The position numbers and the translations under genes are program-made. Source: Thermoleophilia bacterium (GTDB taxonomy: Bacteria > Actinomycetota > Thermoleophilia > UBA2241). Taken from it: 64,000 nucleotides of DNA. The stretch lies in the NCBI GenBank assembly GCA_040769125.1, contig JAXGLO010000001.1, forward strand, positions 656,069-720,068, in the 5' to 3' direction. The notes under the pieces were generated by a model. The model worked only from the letters and a program-made list of their open reading frames with translations. It searched no databases and was not told where the DNA came from. Shown here in pieces: positions 44,746-53,826 of this stretch (positions are counted from its first letter, which is position 1; the number at the start of each line of letters is the position of its first letter).

Positions 44746-44788
44746 GCAGCGAGGGCGGGGAGTGCCTCGCACTCCCCGCCCTCGCTGC
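44746..44788. terminator. perfect 20-bp GC-rich hairpin downstream of the beta-helix protein gene
   Basis: GCAGCGAGGGCGGGGAGTGC (44746-44765), loop CTC, GCACTCCCCGCCCTCGCTGC (44769-44788). It lies ~45 nt 3' of the minus-strand stop at 44834. No clear U-tract on the minus strand; a T-rich run (TGGTTGGTTGAT) follows on the plus strand. Confidence 0.5.
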
Positions 44789-44833
44789 TGGTTGGTTGAT
44801 ATGTCGGCCGATCGGTGGTCTGCCGTCAGCCGA

Positions 44834-47035
44834 TCACTGGGAGGCCCCGATGGTGGGCGCGTACGTGGGGTTACCTGCGCCGATGAGAGGGCTGCCCGGC
44901 TTGGGGCGGAAGTCCGCCTCCAGGCCGTAGTTGGTGGCCGCGCTCACGTCAGGGTTGACGAAGATGTCGGCGGCCTTCAGGCGGGTGGCGAAGGTGCGGC
45001 CCAGCGAGTTGGCTCCTTCACCTGAATAGACGCTGCTGGTTCCGCCCTCCCAGTTGTTCCACAGGAAGGCGTTGTGGTTGGCGCTGATGGTCCCGCCGCT
45101 GTAGCCCCGGTGCGACAGGAAGATGTTGTTGTACGCGTTGAGGCTGGTGACGTGGTGCAGCTCCGGGAAGTTGGAGAAGAACGTGTTGTTGATGAGCGTT
45201 ATGTTCAGCTTGCTGCCGTTGGTGCAGCCGGTCGCGGTGGGATGCGTGTTCGCAGCTACACCCGTGAGGAAGAGCGAGTTCCTTACGGTGACCTCACAGG
45301 TCGAGCCGTCGGAGACGGTGCCGAACATGATGCCCATGGTCGGGCCGGGGGTATTCTCGGCTCCACCGGGCTTCCACGAGCCCAGCGTGCAGTTCTCCAC
45401 CAGGAGCCCGGTGCACTTGGTCCACATCTGGATGCAGTCGGCGTGCTGGTACGCGAAGCCGTTGTGCGACCAGATGTCGTAGATACGCGTGTTCCTGATG
45501 ACGTTGGACCTGCTGTTGTTCGTCCAGACGCCGTCGCCGTTCTGGGTTGCCGGGTTCTGGTAGTCCGATGCAGTGACGCCGCGCAGGGTGCAGTTCTCGA
45601 CGGTCCAGTGGTCGCCGACCGTGTCGATGCCGACCTCGCCTGCCCACTTGCTGACGGTGGTGTCCCTGACGGTCGTGTACGACGGACCGAGCTTGTCGTT
45701 CGATGAACCGATGCCGCCCTGGCGCGGGGCGTTGATAGTGCAGCCCTCGATAGTGTTGTGGGTCTTGCCGGCGGCGATGGTGATGCCGGTGCCGCGGACG
45801 AGATCGTGGATGTACAGGTTCTTCAGCGTGTTGTAGTTGCCGGCCACCTGCACCTGCCCGACCGTCCTCTGGTTGTCGGTGATCGTCGACGAGCCGGGCG
45901 TGACCTCGAAGCCGTCCAGGACGGTGTAGCTGGAGTTGATGACGAACGCCTGCGAGACGACGACGCGGCCGTTAGCGATGAACTCCGTGGTGTTCGAGGC
46001 GGTGCCGCCGGCTGTGGACGGGATGGTGACGCGCTCGTTGTACGTGCCGGCCGCCACGGACACGGTCTGGCCGGGGGTGACGCTGCTGGCGGCCTTCTGG
46101 ATGGTCCGCCACGGGCGGGTGGCGGAGCCGTTGTTGGTGTCACTGCCGGTCTTGGCGACGTAGCGGTCTGCCTGGGGCGCCTCCGGCTCCGCCGGCTCTG
46201 TCGGAGTCGGCTCGGGAGTCTCGGTGTCCGTCGGAGTAGGAGTCGGAGTCGGCGTTTCGCTGGGCTCCTCCGTCGGCTCGGTGTCCGTCGGGGTGGGAGT
46301 TGGCGTTTCGCTGGGCTCCTCGTCCGGCACGTCGGAGTCGGCGTACACGGCCACCTCACTGATGGCTGCCGTGGCGCCCACGACTCGCTCCCCGAGCACC
46401 CGGATCCGCACGTAACGAGCAGTCGTCGAGAAGGCATCCGTGTTCGGGCCCTTGAGCAGGTTGTCGCTCCTGTCCGCAGCCGTCGAGAACGTCACGCCGT
46501 CCAGGCTGGTCTCGATCTGATAGCGGTACGCGCGCTTATCGCCGTTGTACCAGGACGTCTTGACGCCGGTGAGGTCCGTCTCCTCGCCCAGGTCGACCAT
46601 CCACCACTGGGGATAGGCCTTCGAGCCGGCCGCCCAGCGCGTGATCGGCTTACCGTCGTTGCCCGCGGGGGGTTCGTAGCTCTTCCTGGAGCTGCTTGCC
46701 GTGGCCGTGAGGCCGGCAGGCAGCGCGGCGCCGCTGGTGATGGCGGTGTTGATGGAGGTGCTCGGGGAGACGCGACGCAGGATGACGGCCTTCCGGACGC
46801 GCTTGATGACCCTGTAGCGGAAGGCGCCGCGTGCCTGGACGTAGCGGTGCTGCTTCCGCACCATAAGCTTCTTGCCGTGGCCCCTGACCATGTCGTAGGT
46901 TCTGCTGCGCTTGACGATCCGGTAGCGCTGCGACTTGTACTGAGCGGCTGTCGCGATAGAGGAAGAGACGAGAAGCGCGGCCAGCGCTGCGATCAGGAGT
47001 GCGCCGAGAAAACCGATCTTGCTCTTCTTCATCAC
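44834..47035 (-). CDS. secreted protein: signal peptide, basic repeat region, F5/8 type C (discoidin) domain, Pro/Thr/Glu linker, right-handed beta-helix (pectate-lyase-like) domain
   Basis: MMKKSKIGFLGALLIAALAALLVSSSIATA signal. YPQWWMVDLGEETDLTGVKTSWYNGDKRAYRYQIETSLDGVTFS (discoidin). RYVAKTGSDTNNGSATRPWRTIQKAA plus repetitive N/G/T-rich beta-helix turns. Confidence 0.7.
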   Translation of the reverse strand: MMKKSKIGFLGALLIAALAALLVSSSIATAAQYKSQRYRIVKRSRTYDMVRGHGKKLMVRKQHRYVQARGAFRYRVIKRVRKAVILRRVSPSTSINTAITSGAALPAGLTATASSSRKSYEPPAGNDGKPITRWAAGSKAYPQWWMVDLGEETDLTGVKTSWYNGDKRAYRYQIETSLDGVTFSTAADRSDNLLKGPNTDAFSTTARYVRIRVLGERVVGATAAISEVAVYADSDVPDEEPSETPTPTPTDTEPTEEPSETPTPTPTPTDTETPEPTPTEPAEPEAPQADRYVAKTGSDTNNGSATRPWRTIQKAASSVTPGQTVSVAAGTYNERVTIPSTAGGTASNTTEFIANGRVVVSQAFVINSSYTVLDGFEVTPGSSTITDNQRTVGQVQVAGNYNTLKNLYIHDLVRGTGITIAAGKTHNTIEGCTINAPRQGGIGSSNDKLGPSYTTVRDTTVSKWAGEVGIDTVGDHWTVENCTLRGVTASDYQNPATQNGDGVWTNNSRSNVIRNTRIYDIWSHNGFAYQHADCIQMWTKCTGLLVENCTLGSWKPGGAENTPGPTMGIMFGTVSDGSTCEVTVRNSLFLTGVAANTHPTATGCTNGSKLNITLINNTFFSNFPELHHVTSLNAYNNIFLSHRGYSGGTISANHNAFLWNNWEGGTSSVYSGEGANSLGRTFATRLKAADIFVNPDVSAATNYGLEADFRPKPGSPLIGAGNPTYAPTIGASQ
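46220..46321. repeat. about 51-57-bp tandem duplication encoding the EEPSETPTPTPTDTEP linker
   Basis: CTCGGTGTCCGTCGG...GGCGTTTCGCTGGGCTCCTC occurs at 46220-46270 and again from 46277, with a 6-nt indel. Confidence 0.6.
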
Positions 47036-47215
47036 CGTGATTCCTCCAAATCAGCGAGTGGGAACTACGGCGACGCGGACGACTGCGTGAGAGTGCGAGA
47101 GTCTCTGTCGCATCGACGCGACCCACTGGTTTTGCGTTGGAAAGCCGATGAGCAGTCGTCACTGCTCAGGAGGAGGAATCGGTCCTGACCTCGTGATTCT
47201 TAAGCCCTACGGGCG

Positions 47216-47240
47216 GTTGTCTATAGTCAAGTCAGACAAC
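47216..47240. promoter_or_regulatory. inverted repeat GTTGTCT-N11-AGACAAC in an AT-rich intergenic island
   Basis: Arms at 47216-47222 and 47234-47240. Shares the GTTGTC/GACAAC half-sites with the repeat at 49122-49141. Confidence 0.3.
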
Positions 47241-47390
47241 TAAGGGAGGCTGATCCGGGCCGGTGAGAACGGGTGGCCGGGCGTTCCGGCCGCAAGCCGC
47301 CTGCGGGGGCTTCAGCTACTGCGGCTGGGTAGGAGGCGGGGTGCTGCCAGTGAGTGCTGCGGGGGCGTGCAGGCGGGGGCGTGCAGGCGG

Positions 47391-47407
47391 GGGCGGCTCA
47401 GCCGCCC
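47391..47407 (-). terminator. stem-loop immediately 3' of the BY-kinase gene
   Basis: GGGCGGC-TCA-GCCGCCC begins 7 nt after the stop at 47414-47416. It is preceded by a direct repeat GGGGGCGTGCAGGC x2 (47361-47388). No U-tract. Confidence 0.35.
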
Positions 47408-47413
47408 GGAGGA

Positions 47414-49033
47414 TCACTCAGAGGCGTAGTGGTATCCGCCTCTGGCGGTCGTGGGCACGCCGGTGACGACCAGGCCGAGGGCTCGGGTCGGCGTGCGCGT
47501 GAAGAAGTCGTCCACGCGCTTGACCGTGTCGGCCGTCGTGTCCTTGAGGTGAAGCACAACAAGCAGGCCGTCGACCCAGGGCGCCATCGCCGTCGCGTCG
47601 CCGACGGCGAACATCGGCGGCGCGTCTACGAGGACGTAGTCGGCCTTCTCCCCGAGCTCGCTCAGGATCCTGCCGAATTGTCTGGACCCGACGATCTCCC
47701 CGGGATTCGGGGGCACCGCTCCTGAGGTGAGCAGAAGGAGCTTGAGTCCTCGAGGCGCATCGTGCTCGTCGACTGCGCCGGAGGACTTGGACTTGCCCGC
47801 GCCGGCCCGCGCCTGAGACTCGGCCGCGGCGGTGGCCCTCACCCGCGAAGACATCGAGGCCACGGGCATCCGCGTGCGACCGCCGAGGGTGATCGTCTGC
47901 GTGGCATCGGCCAGGGTGGCGGCGCCTGCGACGACATCGGTGACGCCGCGTGTGTTGCTGAGCTGGAAGAAGCGATGCAGCGACGGCCGCCGCAGGTCGC
48001 CGTCGACCACGGCGACGCGCCTGCCCGTTCGGAGCAGCGCGACGGCCAGGTTGGCGATCGTCGTCGACTTGCCCTGGCTGGGCGCCGGGCTCGACACCAC
48101 AATTACCTTCACGTCGCCGTTGAAGTTGATGAAGTCGACGTTGGCGCGCAGGAAGCGGTAGGCTTCGGCGTGTGGGCTGCGCGGTTCGTCCAGCACGACC
48201 ACCTTGGTCGTGTTGTGTTCGTGGCGGCGGAGCTCGGGGATTTCGGCGACGATGGGCAGGCTGGTGTGCTCGGTGATCTCCTTCGAGCTGTGGAGCCTGA
48301 CGTCGAGGGAGTCGCGCAGAAATGCGATGCCGAGGCCGAACATGAGGCCGGCCGCCACGGCGAGGGCTGTGTTGCGCATTGGCTGGGGGCTGGAGGGCGC
48401 GAGGGGTGGCTGCGCCGCCTCGCCCATCCTCAGGCCGCCGCTCACCAGGGGCTTCAGTACCTCGAGCTGACCGCGCCGCTCGACGAGCGTTGCGTGCTCG
48501 GTGCTGCCGGGCCTGGCCAGACGCACCTGCTCGGTGATCTGGTCGATGGCTTCGTCCAGTGACTTCTGCAGGCTCTCCTGGTACCACAGCAGGAACTGGT
48601 TCGCGAATGCATTGGCGACTGCGGCGGCTTCATCAGGCGACGGCTGCACGGCGGTCACGTTGATGACGTTCGCGGCGGGGTCGGCCTCGGCGGTGACATC
48701 CTCCATCAGCGTGGTCGCCTGCCCGGACCAGTTGATCTCCTCGGCGACGCGTTCTGCGATCTCGCGCGTTACCACGAAGCTAGCCAGAGTCTGCAGCTCT
48801 CGCTCGTCCGGGTCGGAGAGCCCGAGGTTGGTGCCCACTGCAACGCTGACCGATGGGGACTGGGACTGAGCTATCACTCTCGCCGTCGCAGAGTAGCGCG
48901 TAGGCTGCAGGAGGCTGACGGCCAGTACGACGGCCGGGATGATGACCATGGATCCGAGAATGAACCACCGGTGCCGCCGAAGGATCTTGACGTAGTGGTG
49001 CAGGCCTTCTGCAGGCTGTCCGTGGTCGGTCAA
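47414..49033 (-). CDS. polysaccharide co-polymerase (Wzz) fused to BY-type tyrosine autokinase
   Basis: N-terminal Wzz-like region with two TM segments (WFILGSMVIIPAVVLAV; ALAVAAGLMFGLGIAFL). Walker A SSPAPSQGKSTT, A' VVDGDLRRP, B YVLVDAPP. Short C-terminal GGYHYASE. Confidence 0.85.
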   Translation of the reverse strand: MTDHGQPAEGLHHYVKILRRHRWFILGSMVIIPAVVLAVSLLQPTRYSATARVIAQSQSPSVSVAVGTNLGLSDPDERELQTLASFVVTREIAERVAEEINWSGQATTLMEDVTAEADPAANVINVTAVQPSPDEAAAVANAFANQFLLWYQESLQKSLDEAIDQITEQVRLARPGSTEHATLVERRGQLEVLKPLVSGGLRMGEAAQPPLAPSSPQPMRNTALAVAAGLMFGLGIAFLRDSLDVRLHSSKEITEHTSLPIVAEIPELRRHEHNTTKVVVLDEPRSPHAEAYRFLRANVDFINFNGDVKVIVVSSPAPSQGKSTTIANLAVALLRTGRRVAVVDGDLRRPSLHRFFQLSNTRGVTDVVAGAATLADATQTITLGGRTRMPVASMSSRVRATAAAESQARAGAGKSKSSGAVDEHDAPRGLKLLLLTSGAVPPNPGEIVGSRQFGRILSELGEKADYVLVDAPPMFAVGDATAMAPWVDGLLVVLHLKDTTADTVKRVDDFFTRTPTRALGLVVTGVPTTARGGYHYASE

Positions 49034-49121
49034 GGCGCTCGCCCTTTCGTCGCAACGCGATTGCGGGCCGATTATAGCGCAGGGGTCATCGGCATCGGGG
49101 CGATTGCCTGCGAGGGCGCAT

Positions 49122-49141
49122 CGTTGTCATAACAGACAACG
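49122..49141. promoter_or_regulatory. inverted repeat CGTTGTC-N6-GACAACG in the divergent BY-kinase/degT intergenic region
   Basis: CGTTGTCATAACAGACAACG, a perfect 7-bp-arm palindrome in a low-GC patch. Further TTGTC/TTGTG-type half-sites follow (CTTGTCG 49142-49148, GTTGTGA ~49214). Confidence 0.3.
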
Positions 49142-49354
49142 CTTGTCGCTGGTCGCGAAGACGAGTGTTGCCGACGGCTCATCGTGATGGGACGTGTCTT
49201 CGACGATATCGCCGTTGTGACGTTTGTGCCGTGATGAGATTCGCAGGACAATGAGATGCTATGCCTGCGCGCCGCCTGGGTGTTCGCCCGTTACGGCGTG
49301 TGATCCTGAGGGAGGGCGAGACGTGAGTGATCTCGGTAAAGCGACGAGGCTACC

Positions 49355-50497
49355 ATGAGCGCTCCGGTAAACCGTAGCGACGACCTGGTTGCCATGCGGG
49401 TGCCGTTCGTTGACCTGAAGCACCAGGCCACGGAGCTGCAGGCGGAGTACGACGCCGCTTTTCGCTCGGTGGTCGAGCGGGCCGCCTACACCATGGGGCC
49501 CGAGCTGGCGCAGTTCGAAGAGGCTTTTGCGGCGTTCTGCGGCTGTGAGCACGCCATCGGCGTGAGCTCGGGCACCGATGCCGTGAAGCTGGCGCTGCTG
49601 GCCGCAGGAGTGCGGCGGGGCGACGACGTCATCGTGCCGGCCAATACGTTCATAGCCACGGCGGAGGCCGTCAGCCACATCGGTGCGACGCCGGTGTTCG
49701 TCGACTGCGTCGAAAGCACCGGCCTCCTGGACGTCGGCGCTGTCGCCGCCGCGGTCACGCCGCGCACGACGGCCGTGATCCCGGTGCACCTGTACGGTCA
49801 GATCGTTGACATGGATGAGCTTGCGCGCGTGGCGTCCAGGCACGGGCTCGCCATCGTGGAGGACGCGTGTCAGGCGCACGGCGCTACGTACAAAGGCAAG
49901 CCGGCCGGCTCGTTCGGCGCGACCGCCGCCTTCAGCTTCTACCCCGGCAAGAACCTCGGGGCCCTCGGCGACGGTGGCGCCGTTACGACCAACGAGGCGG
50001 CGGCCGCCGACATGGTGCGGCTGTACCGCAATCACGGCCAGGAAGACAAGTTCACGCATCGCGTGATCGGCTACTGCGACCGCCTGCACAACCTGCAGGC
50101 CGCATTGCTCCTCGTCAAGCTGTCGCGCCTCCCGGCATGGAATGCCGCTCGACGTGCTGCAGCTCGCGACTACGATGCGGCGCTGTCGGGAACACACGGG
50201 GTGAGCCTCACCGAAGTGAGTGAGGCGGTCGAGGCGGTCTACCATCTGTACGTCGTTGCGGTGGAAGACAGAGACGGGGTGCGTGAGCGGTTGGCACAGC
50301 GAGGCGTCGATTCCGGGATCCACTACCCCGTGCCGCTGCACGTGCAGCCGGCCTACGGGGAGCTGGGGTATTCCTTGGGCGATTTCCCGGTTGCAGAGCG
50401 CAGGGCGCAGCGCATCCTCTCGCTGCCGATGTTCCCCGAGATCACCCGCGAGCAGCGCGACTACGTGGTCACCTGCCTGACCCAGGCGCTCGCCTAG
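49355..50497 (+). CDS. DegT/DnrJ/EryC1/StrS-family PLP-dependent sugar aminotransferase
   Basis: VPFVDLKHQ, GVSSGTDAVKLAL, and FSFYPGKNLGALGDGGAV (PLP-lysine motif). Confidence 0.9.
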   Translation: MSAPVNRSDDLVAMRVPFVDLKHQATELQAEYDAAFRSVVERAAYTMGPELAQFEEAFAAFCGCEHAIGVSSGTDAVKLALLAAGVRRGDDVIVPANTFIATAEAVSHIGATPVFVDCVESTGLLDVGAVAAAVTPRTTAVIPVHLYGQIVDMDELARVASRHGLAIVEDACQAHGATYKGKPAGSFGATAAFSFYPGKNLGALGDGGAVTTNEAAAADMVRLYRNHGQEDKFTHRVIGYCDRLHNLQAALLLVKLSRLPAWNAARRAAARDYDAALSGTHGVSLTEVSEAVEAVYHLYVVAVEDRDGVRERLAQRGVDSGIHYPVPLHVQPAYGELGYSLGDFPVAERRAQRILSLPMFPEITREQRDYVVTCLTQALA

Positions 50498-50525
50498 CTT
50501 CGGGCGTGAGGGAGAGGATACGAGT

Positions 50526-52052
50526 ATGACGCCGACGCGGGCACCAGTTGTCGAGGAGGGGGCGCTCGAGCCCAAGGCCTCCCATTTGCATCTGGTCGCG
50601 GCCGATCATGGGGTCGCGTCACGAGCCGCGGCGCGGCTTCGCCCTGGCCTCTGGTTCCTCTTCATGGATGTCTGCCTGGGGCTGATCGCGTACGGTCTGG
50701 CGCTCACCATCCGCGGTGAGGTCGTCGGCGCCACGGATTCCGTGCTGCTCAATCCCAGCTGGTCCACGGCGGTGCCGCTGGCGATCACATTCCTCGTCTT
50801 CTCCGTGCTCGGCCTCTACGAGCGGGAGCTGCTTGCCCTGCGCGCCCTGCACGTCCTCACGCTGGCGAAGGCCATGCTGTGGGCGGCGGCGCTCAGCGGG
50901 CTGGCCATCTACCTGCTGCATCTGCCGATCGGCGTTCAGTCCCGGTTCACGGTGGTGGTCACGTTCGCGATGTTCTTCGTGTTCGGGGTCATCATGCGCA
51001 CGTTCGTGCTCTCACGTGTTCTGGGCCGGCGGTTTCGGCGCGATATGAACCAGACGCTTGTGATCGGCTGGCCCTACCGTACCGAGCCGTTGCGAGAGCG
51101 ACTCACCATGCTCAAGGGGTTTAACCGTGTCGTTCTCGTCGACGGCGGCCGGGAGCCTCGCGTGGACGAGTGCGTCGTCGAGCATCTGCGGCGCCGCACC
51201 GACGACGGCCGGCCGGTGTACGGCTCGGTTTTCATCGACGCCGGGAGCCTGACGCAGACGCAGACCATGGATCTGGTTGATATCGGGCAGCGTCACGGCG
51301 CGATCGTGTACGTTGTCTCCAACAGGCTCCGTGCGCTCGCCGGGCGACGCCTCCTGATCGATCTGTTCGAGGCTCCGGTGGTGCGTATGCGTCGTCCGTC
51401 GCACGGGCGCGGGCGGGCGCTGCACAAGCGCGCCTTCGACATCGTCGGGGCGGCCGGCGCGCTGGTGCTGCTCTCCCCGGTGATTCTGGTCCTGGCCGTG
51501 GCGATCAAGGTGTCGTCGCGCGGGCCGGTCTTCTACTCGCAGGAGCGCGTCGGCCTCGGCGGCAGGACGTTCCGCTTCTACAAGTTCCGCAGCATGCGCG
51601 ACGGTGTCGATGCGTCCGCCCACTACGCCTACATGCAGGCGTTGATCAACGGCCAGGCGGAGACCAGGACGCAGCTCGTCGAGGGCGAGGAGGAAGAGGT
51701 CTTCAAGCTGGTCGACGACCCTCGCATCACGACCGTCGGCCGCTACCTGCGGCGCTACTCTCTCGATGAGATCCCGCAGCTCTGGAACGTCCTCATCGGC
51801 GACATGAGCCTGGTTGGCCCTCGTCCTCCGCTCGCGTATGAGGTGGCAGCCTACCGGCCCTGGCATCGCCGTCGCCTGGACGTGAAGCCTGGCGTCACCG
51901 GCGTGTGGCAGGTGGATGGTCGTAGCAAGGTGAGCTTCGACGACATGGTGTTCCAGGATATTCTGTACGAGAGCACACGCGACATCTTTGTGGACGCCTC
52001 GCTCTGTCTGCGCACCGTGCCGGCGGCCCTGCTGGGGCGCGGAGCCGGATGA
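50526..52052 (+). CDS. polyprenyl-phosphate glycosyl-1-phosphate (priming) sugar transferase, WbaP/EpsL-type
   Basis: N-terminal TM region, then the bacterial sugar-transferase domain KRAFDIVGAAGALVLLSPVILVLAVAIKVSSRGPVFYSQERVG...YKFRSM...DEIPQLWNVLIGDMSLVGPRPP. Confidence 0.85.
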   Translation: MTPTRAPVVEEGALEPKASHLHLVAADHGVASRAAARLRPGLWFLFMDVCLGLIAYGLALTIRGEVVGATDSVLLNPSWSTAVPLAITFLVFSVLGLYERELLALRALHVLTLAKAMLWAAALSGLAIYLLHLPIGVQSRFTVVVTFAMFFVFGVIMRTFVLSRVLGRRFRRDMNQTLVIGWPYRTEPLRERLTMLKGFNRVVLVDGGREPRVDECVVEHLRRRTDDGRPVYGSVFIDAGSLTQTQTMDLVDIGQRHGAIVYVVSNRLRALAGRRLLIDLFEAPVVRMRRPSHGRGRALHKRAFDIVGAAGALVLLSPVILVLAVAIKVSSRGPVFYSQERVGLGGRTFRFYKFRSMRDGVDASAHYAYMQALINGQAETRTQLVEGEEEEVFKLVDDPRITTVGRYLRRYSLDEIPQLWNVLIGDMSLVGPRPPLAYEVAAYRPWHRRRLDVKPGVTGVWQVDGRSKVSFDDMVFQDILYESTRDIFVDASLCLRTVPAALLGRGAG

Positions 52053-53134
52053 GCGAGTCTTCTGGAGGAATCATGACCAACGTGGCGATCATCGGGCACG
52101 GCTACTGGGGCCCCAACCTGCTCCGCAACTACATGGATCTGCCCGACGCAACGGTCAAGTGGGTGTGCGACCTGCGTCCGGAGGCGCTCGACAAGGTCCG
52201 CCAGCGCAATCCGTCGCAGGCAGTCACCACGAGCTACGATGAGGTCCTCGCGGACGATGCCGTCGACGCGGTGGTGATCGCCACTCCGATCTCGACGCAT
52301 TTCACGCTGGCGCGGGACGCCCTTCTGGCCGGCAAGCACGTCTTCGTCGAGAAGCCCATGACTAGCTCCACCGCAGACGCGGAGGAGCTGGTGGAGCTGG
52401 CCCGCGAGACCGGGCTTACGCTCATGGTCGGCCACACGTTCGTCTTCAGCCCGCCGGTGCGCAAGCTCGGTGAACTCATCCACACCGGCGACCTGGGCGA
52501 CATCCACTTCATCACGTCTTCGCGGGTCAACCTGGGGCTTCACCAGAAGGACGTGAGCGTCGTCTGGGACCTCGCGACCCACGATCTCTCGATTCTGTAC
52601 TACTGGCTCGGAGAGGCCGCCTCCAGCGTCTACGTCACGGGTCGCGGGTGCATCGTGCCGGAGATCCCTGATGTGGCTTTCCTGAACCTGAGCTTCCCGT
52701 CGGGGGTGGTCGCCAACATCGACATCGCCTGGCTCTCGCCGGTCAAGCTGCGCCGGACGGTGGTCGTCGGCAGCCGGCGCATGGCGCTGTACGACGACAC
52801 CGAGAGCGTGGAGAAGGTCAAGGTGTTCGACCACGGTGTCGACTACAGGGAGCCGGAGACGTACGGCGAGTTCCACCTCTCCTACCGCACCGGCGACATC
52901 GTCGCTCCGAAGCTCGATGCGATCGAGCCGCTGAGCGCGGAGGCGAAGCATTTCATCGAGTGCGTCACCACCGGCAGGCGCCCGATCACCGACGGAGTCG
53001 CAGGCCTTCAGGTCGTGGCCTCGCTGGAGGCGGCCGAGCGGTCGCTTCACAACGGGGGCGGTGTGCAACCCATCGACCAGCCGATAGCGCAGAGCGCCTG
53101 CGGCGAGGCGGGTCGCGAGGCGGGGAACTCTTGA
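52049..53134 (+). CDS. Gfo/Idh/MocA-family NAD(P)-dependent sugar oxidoreductase
   Basis: ATGA overlap with the priming transferase gene. [12 protein letters not shown] Rossmann motif and VFVEKPM. Confidence 0.85.
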   Translation: MSESSGGIMTNVAIIGHGYWGPNLLRNYMDLPDATVKWVCDLRPEALDKVRQRNPSQAVTTSYDEVLADDAVDAVVIATPISTHFTLARDALLAGKHVFVEKPMTSSTADAEELVELARETGLTLMVGHTFVFSPPVRKLGELIHTGDLGDIHFITSSRVNLGLHQKDVSVVWDLATHDLSILYYWLGEAASSVYVTGRGCIVPEIPDVAFLNLSFPSGVVANIDIAWLSPVKLRRTVVVGSRRMALYDDTESVEKVKVFDHGVDYREPETYGEFHLSYRTGDIVAPKLDAIEPLSAEAKHFIECVTTGRRPITDGVAGLQVVASLEAAERSLHNGGGVQPIDQPIAQSACGEAGREAGNS

Positions 53135-53826
53135 CTGTAGTGCCTGACCTGCCGTCACGCGACGAGCCCCAGGCGCGTGTCGCGCCAAATGTTGCGCTCG
53201 GCGACGGATGCGATCTGCAGGGGCCGTGCGTCGTCGGCAAGGCGCCGCGAGGCGCCGGGGAGGGCGAGCGGCCGCTCGTGATCGGCGCCGGGGCGGTTAT
53301 CAGGCCGTTCACGACGATCTATGCGGGGAGCACCATCGGCGCCCGTCTGCAGACTGGTCAGGGCGCGAGCATTCGTGAGGACAACGTGCTGGGCGACGAC
53401 GTGAGCATCGGCACCAACGCCGTCCTCGAGTTCGGCAACCGGCTCGGCAGCCGCATCCGCATCCACAGCGGCTGCTTCCTCGAACTGGTCACCATCGAAG
53501 ACGACGTCTTTGTCGGCCCCAACGTCGTCTTCACCGACGACCCGCACCCCATGGGGTGTCCGCGCTACCAGGAGTGCAAGGGAGGCGCGGTGGTGCGCCG
53601 CCTTTCGCGGATCGGCGCCAATGCGACTATTCTGCCCGGCGTCGAGATCGGCGAAGGGGCCCTCGTGGGCGCCGGGGCCGTCGTCGTCCGCGATGTCCCC
53701 GCCGGAGCAGTCGTGGCCGGCAACCCCGCGCGGGTCATCAAGCGGGTCGCCGATCTCACCTGCCCGCCGGGCTGGTTTGAGCGCCCCTACGTCTGGCCGC
53801 CGTACCAGCAGGAGGAGAGAGGCTAG
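53131..53826 (+). CDS. hexapeptide-repeat N-acetyltransferase (WbpD/WlbB-like)
   Basis: A TTG at 53131 (overlapping the upstream stop) or GTG at 53140 are the possible starts. LbH repeats [49 protein letters not shown]...[25 protein letters not shown]. Confidence 0.8.
   Translation: MTVVPDLPSRDEPQARVAPNVALGDGCDLQGPCVVGKAPRGAGEGERPLVIGAGAVIRPFTTIYAGSTIGARLQTGQGASIREDNVLGDDVSIGTNAVLEFGNRLGSRIRIHSGCFLELVTIEDDVFVGPNVVFTDDPHPMGCPRYQECKGGAVVRRLSRIGANATILPGVEIGEGALVGAGAVVVRDVPAGAVVAGNPARVIKRVADLTCPPGWFERPYVWPPYQQEERG

Noticed and set aside
47263-47466. A 67-aa ORF preceded by a strong Shine-Dalgarno-like AAGGGAGG (47242-47249).
   Set aside because: The product is Gly/Arg/Ala low-complexity. It runs into the terminator-like repeats and the 3' end of the BY-kinase gene, and the SD-to-GTG spacing (13 nt) is long. 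The purine-rich box may have another role.
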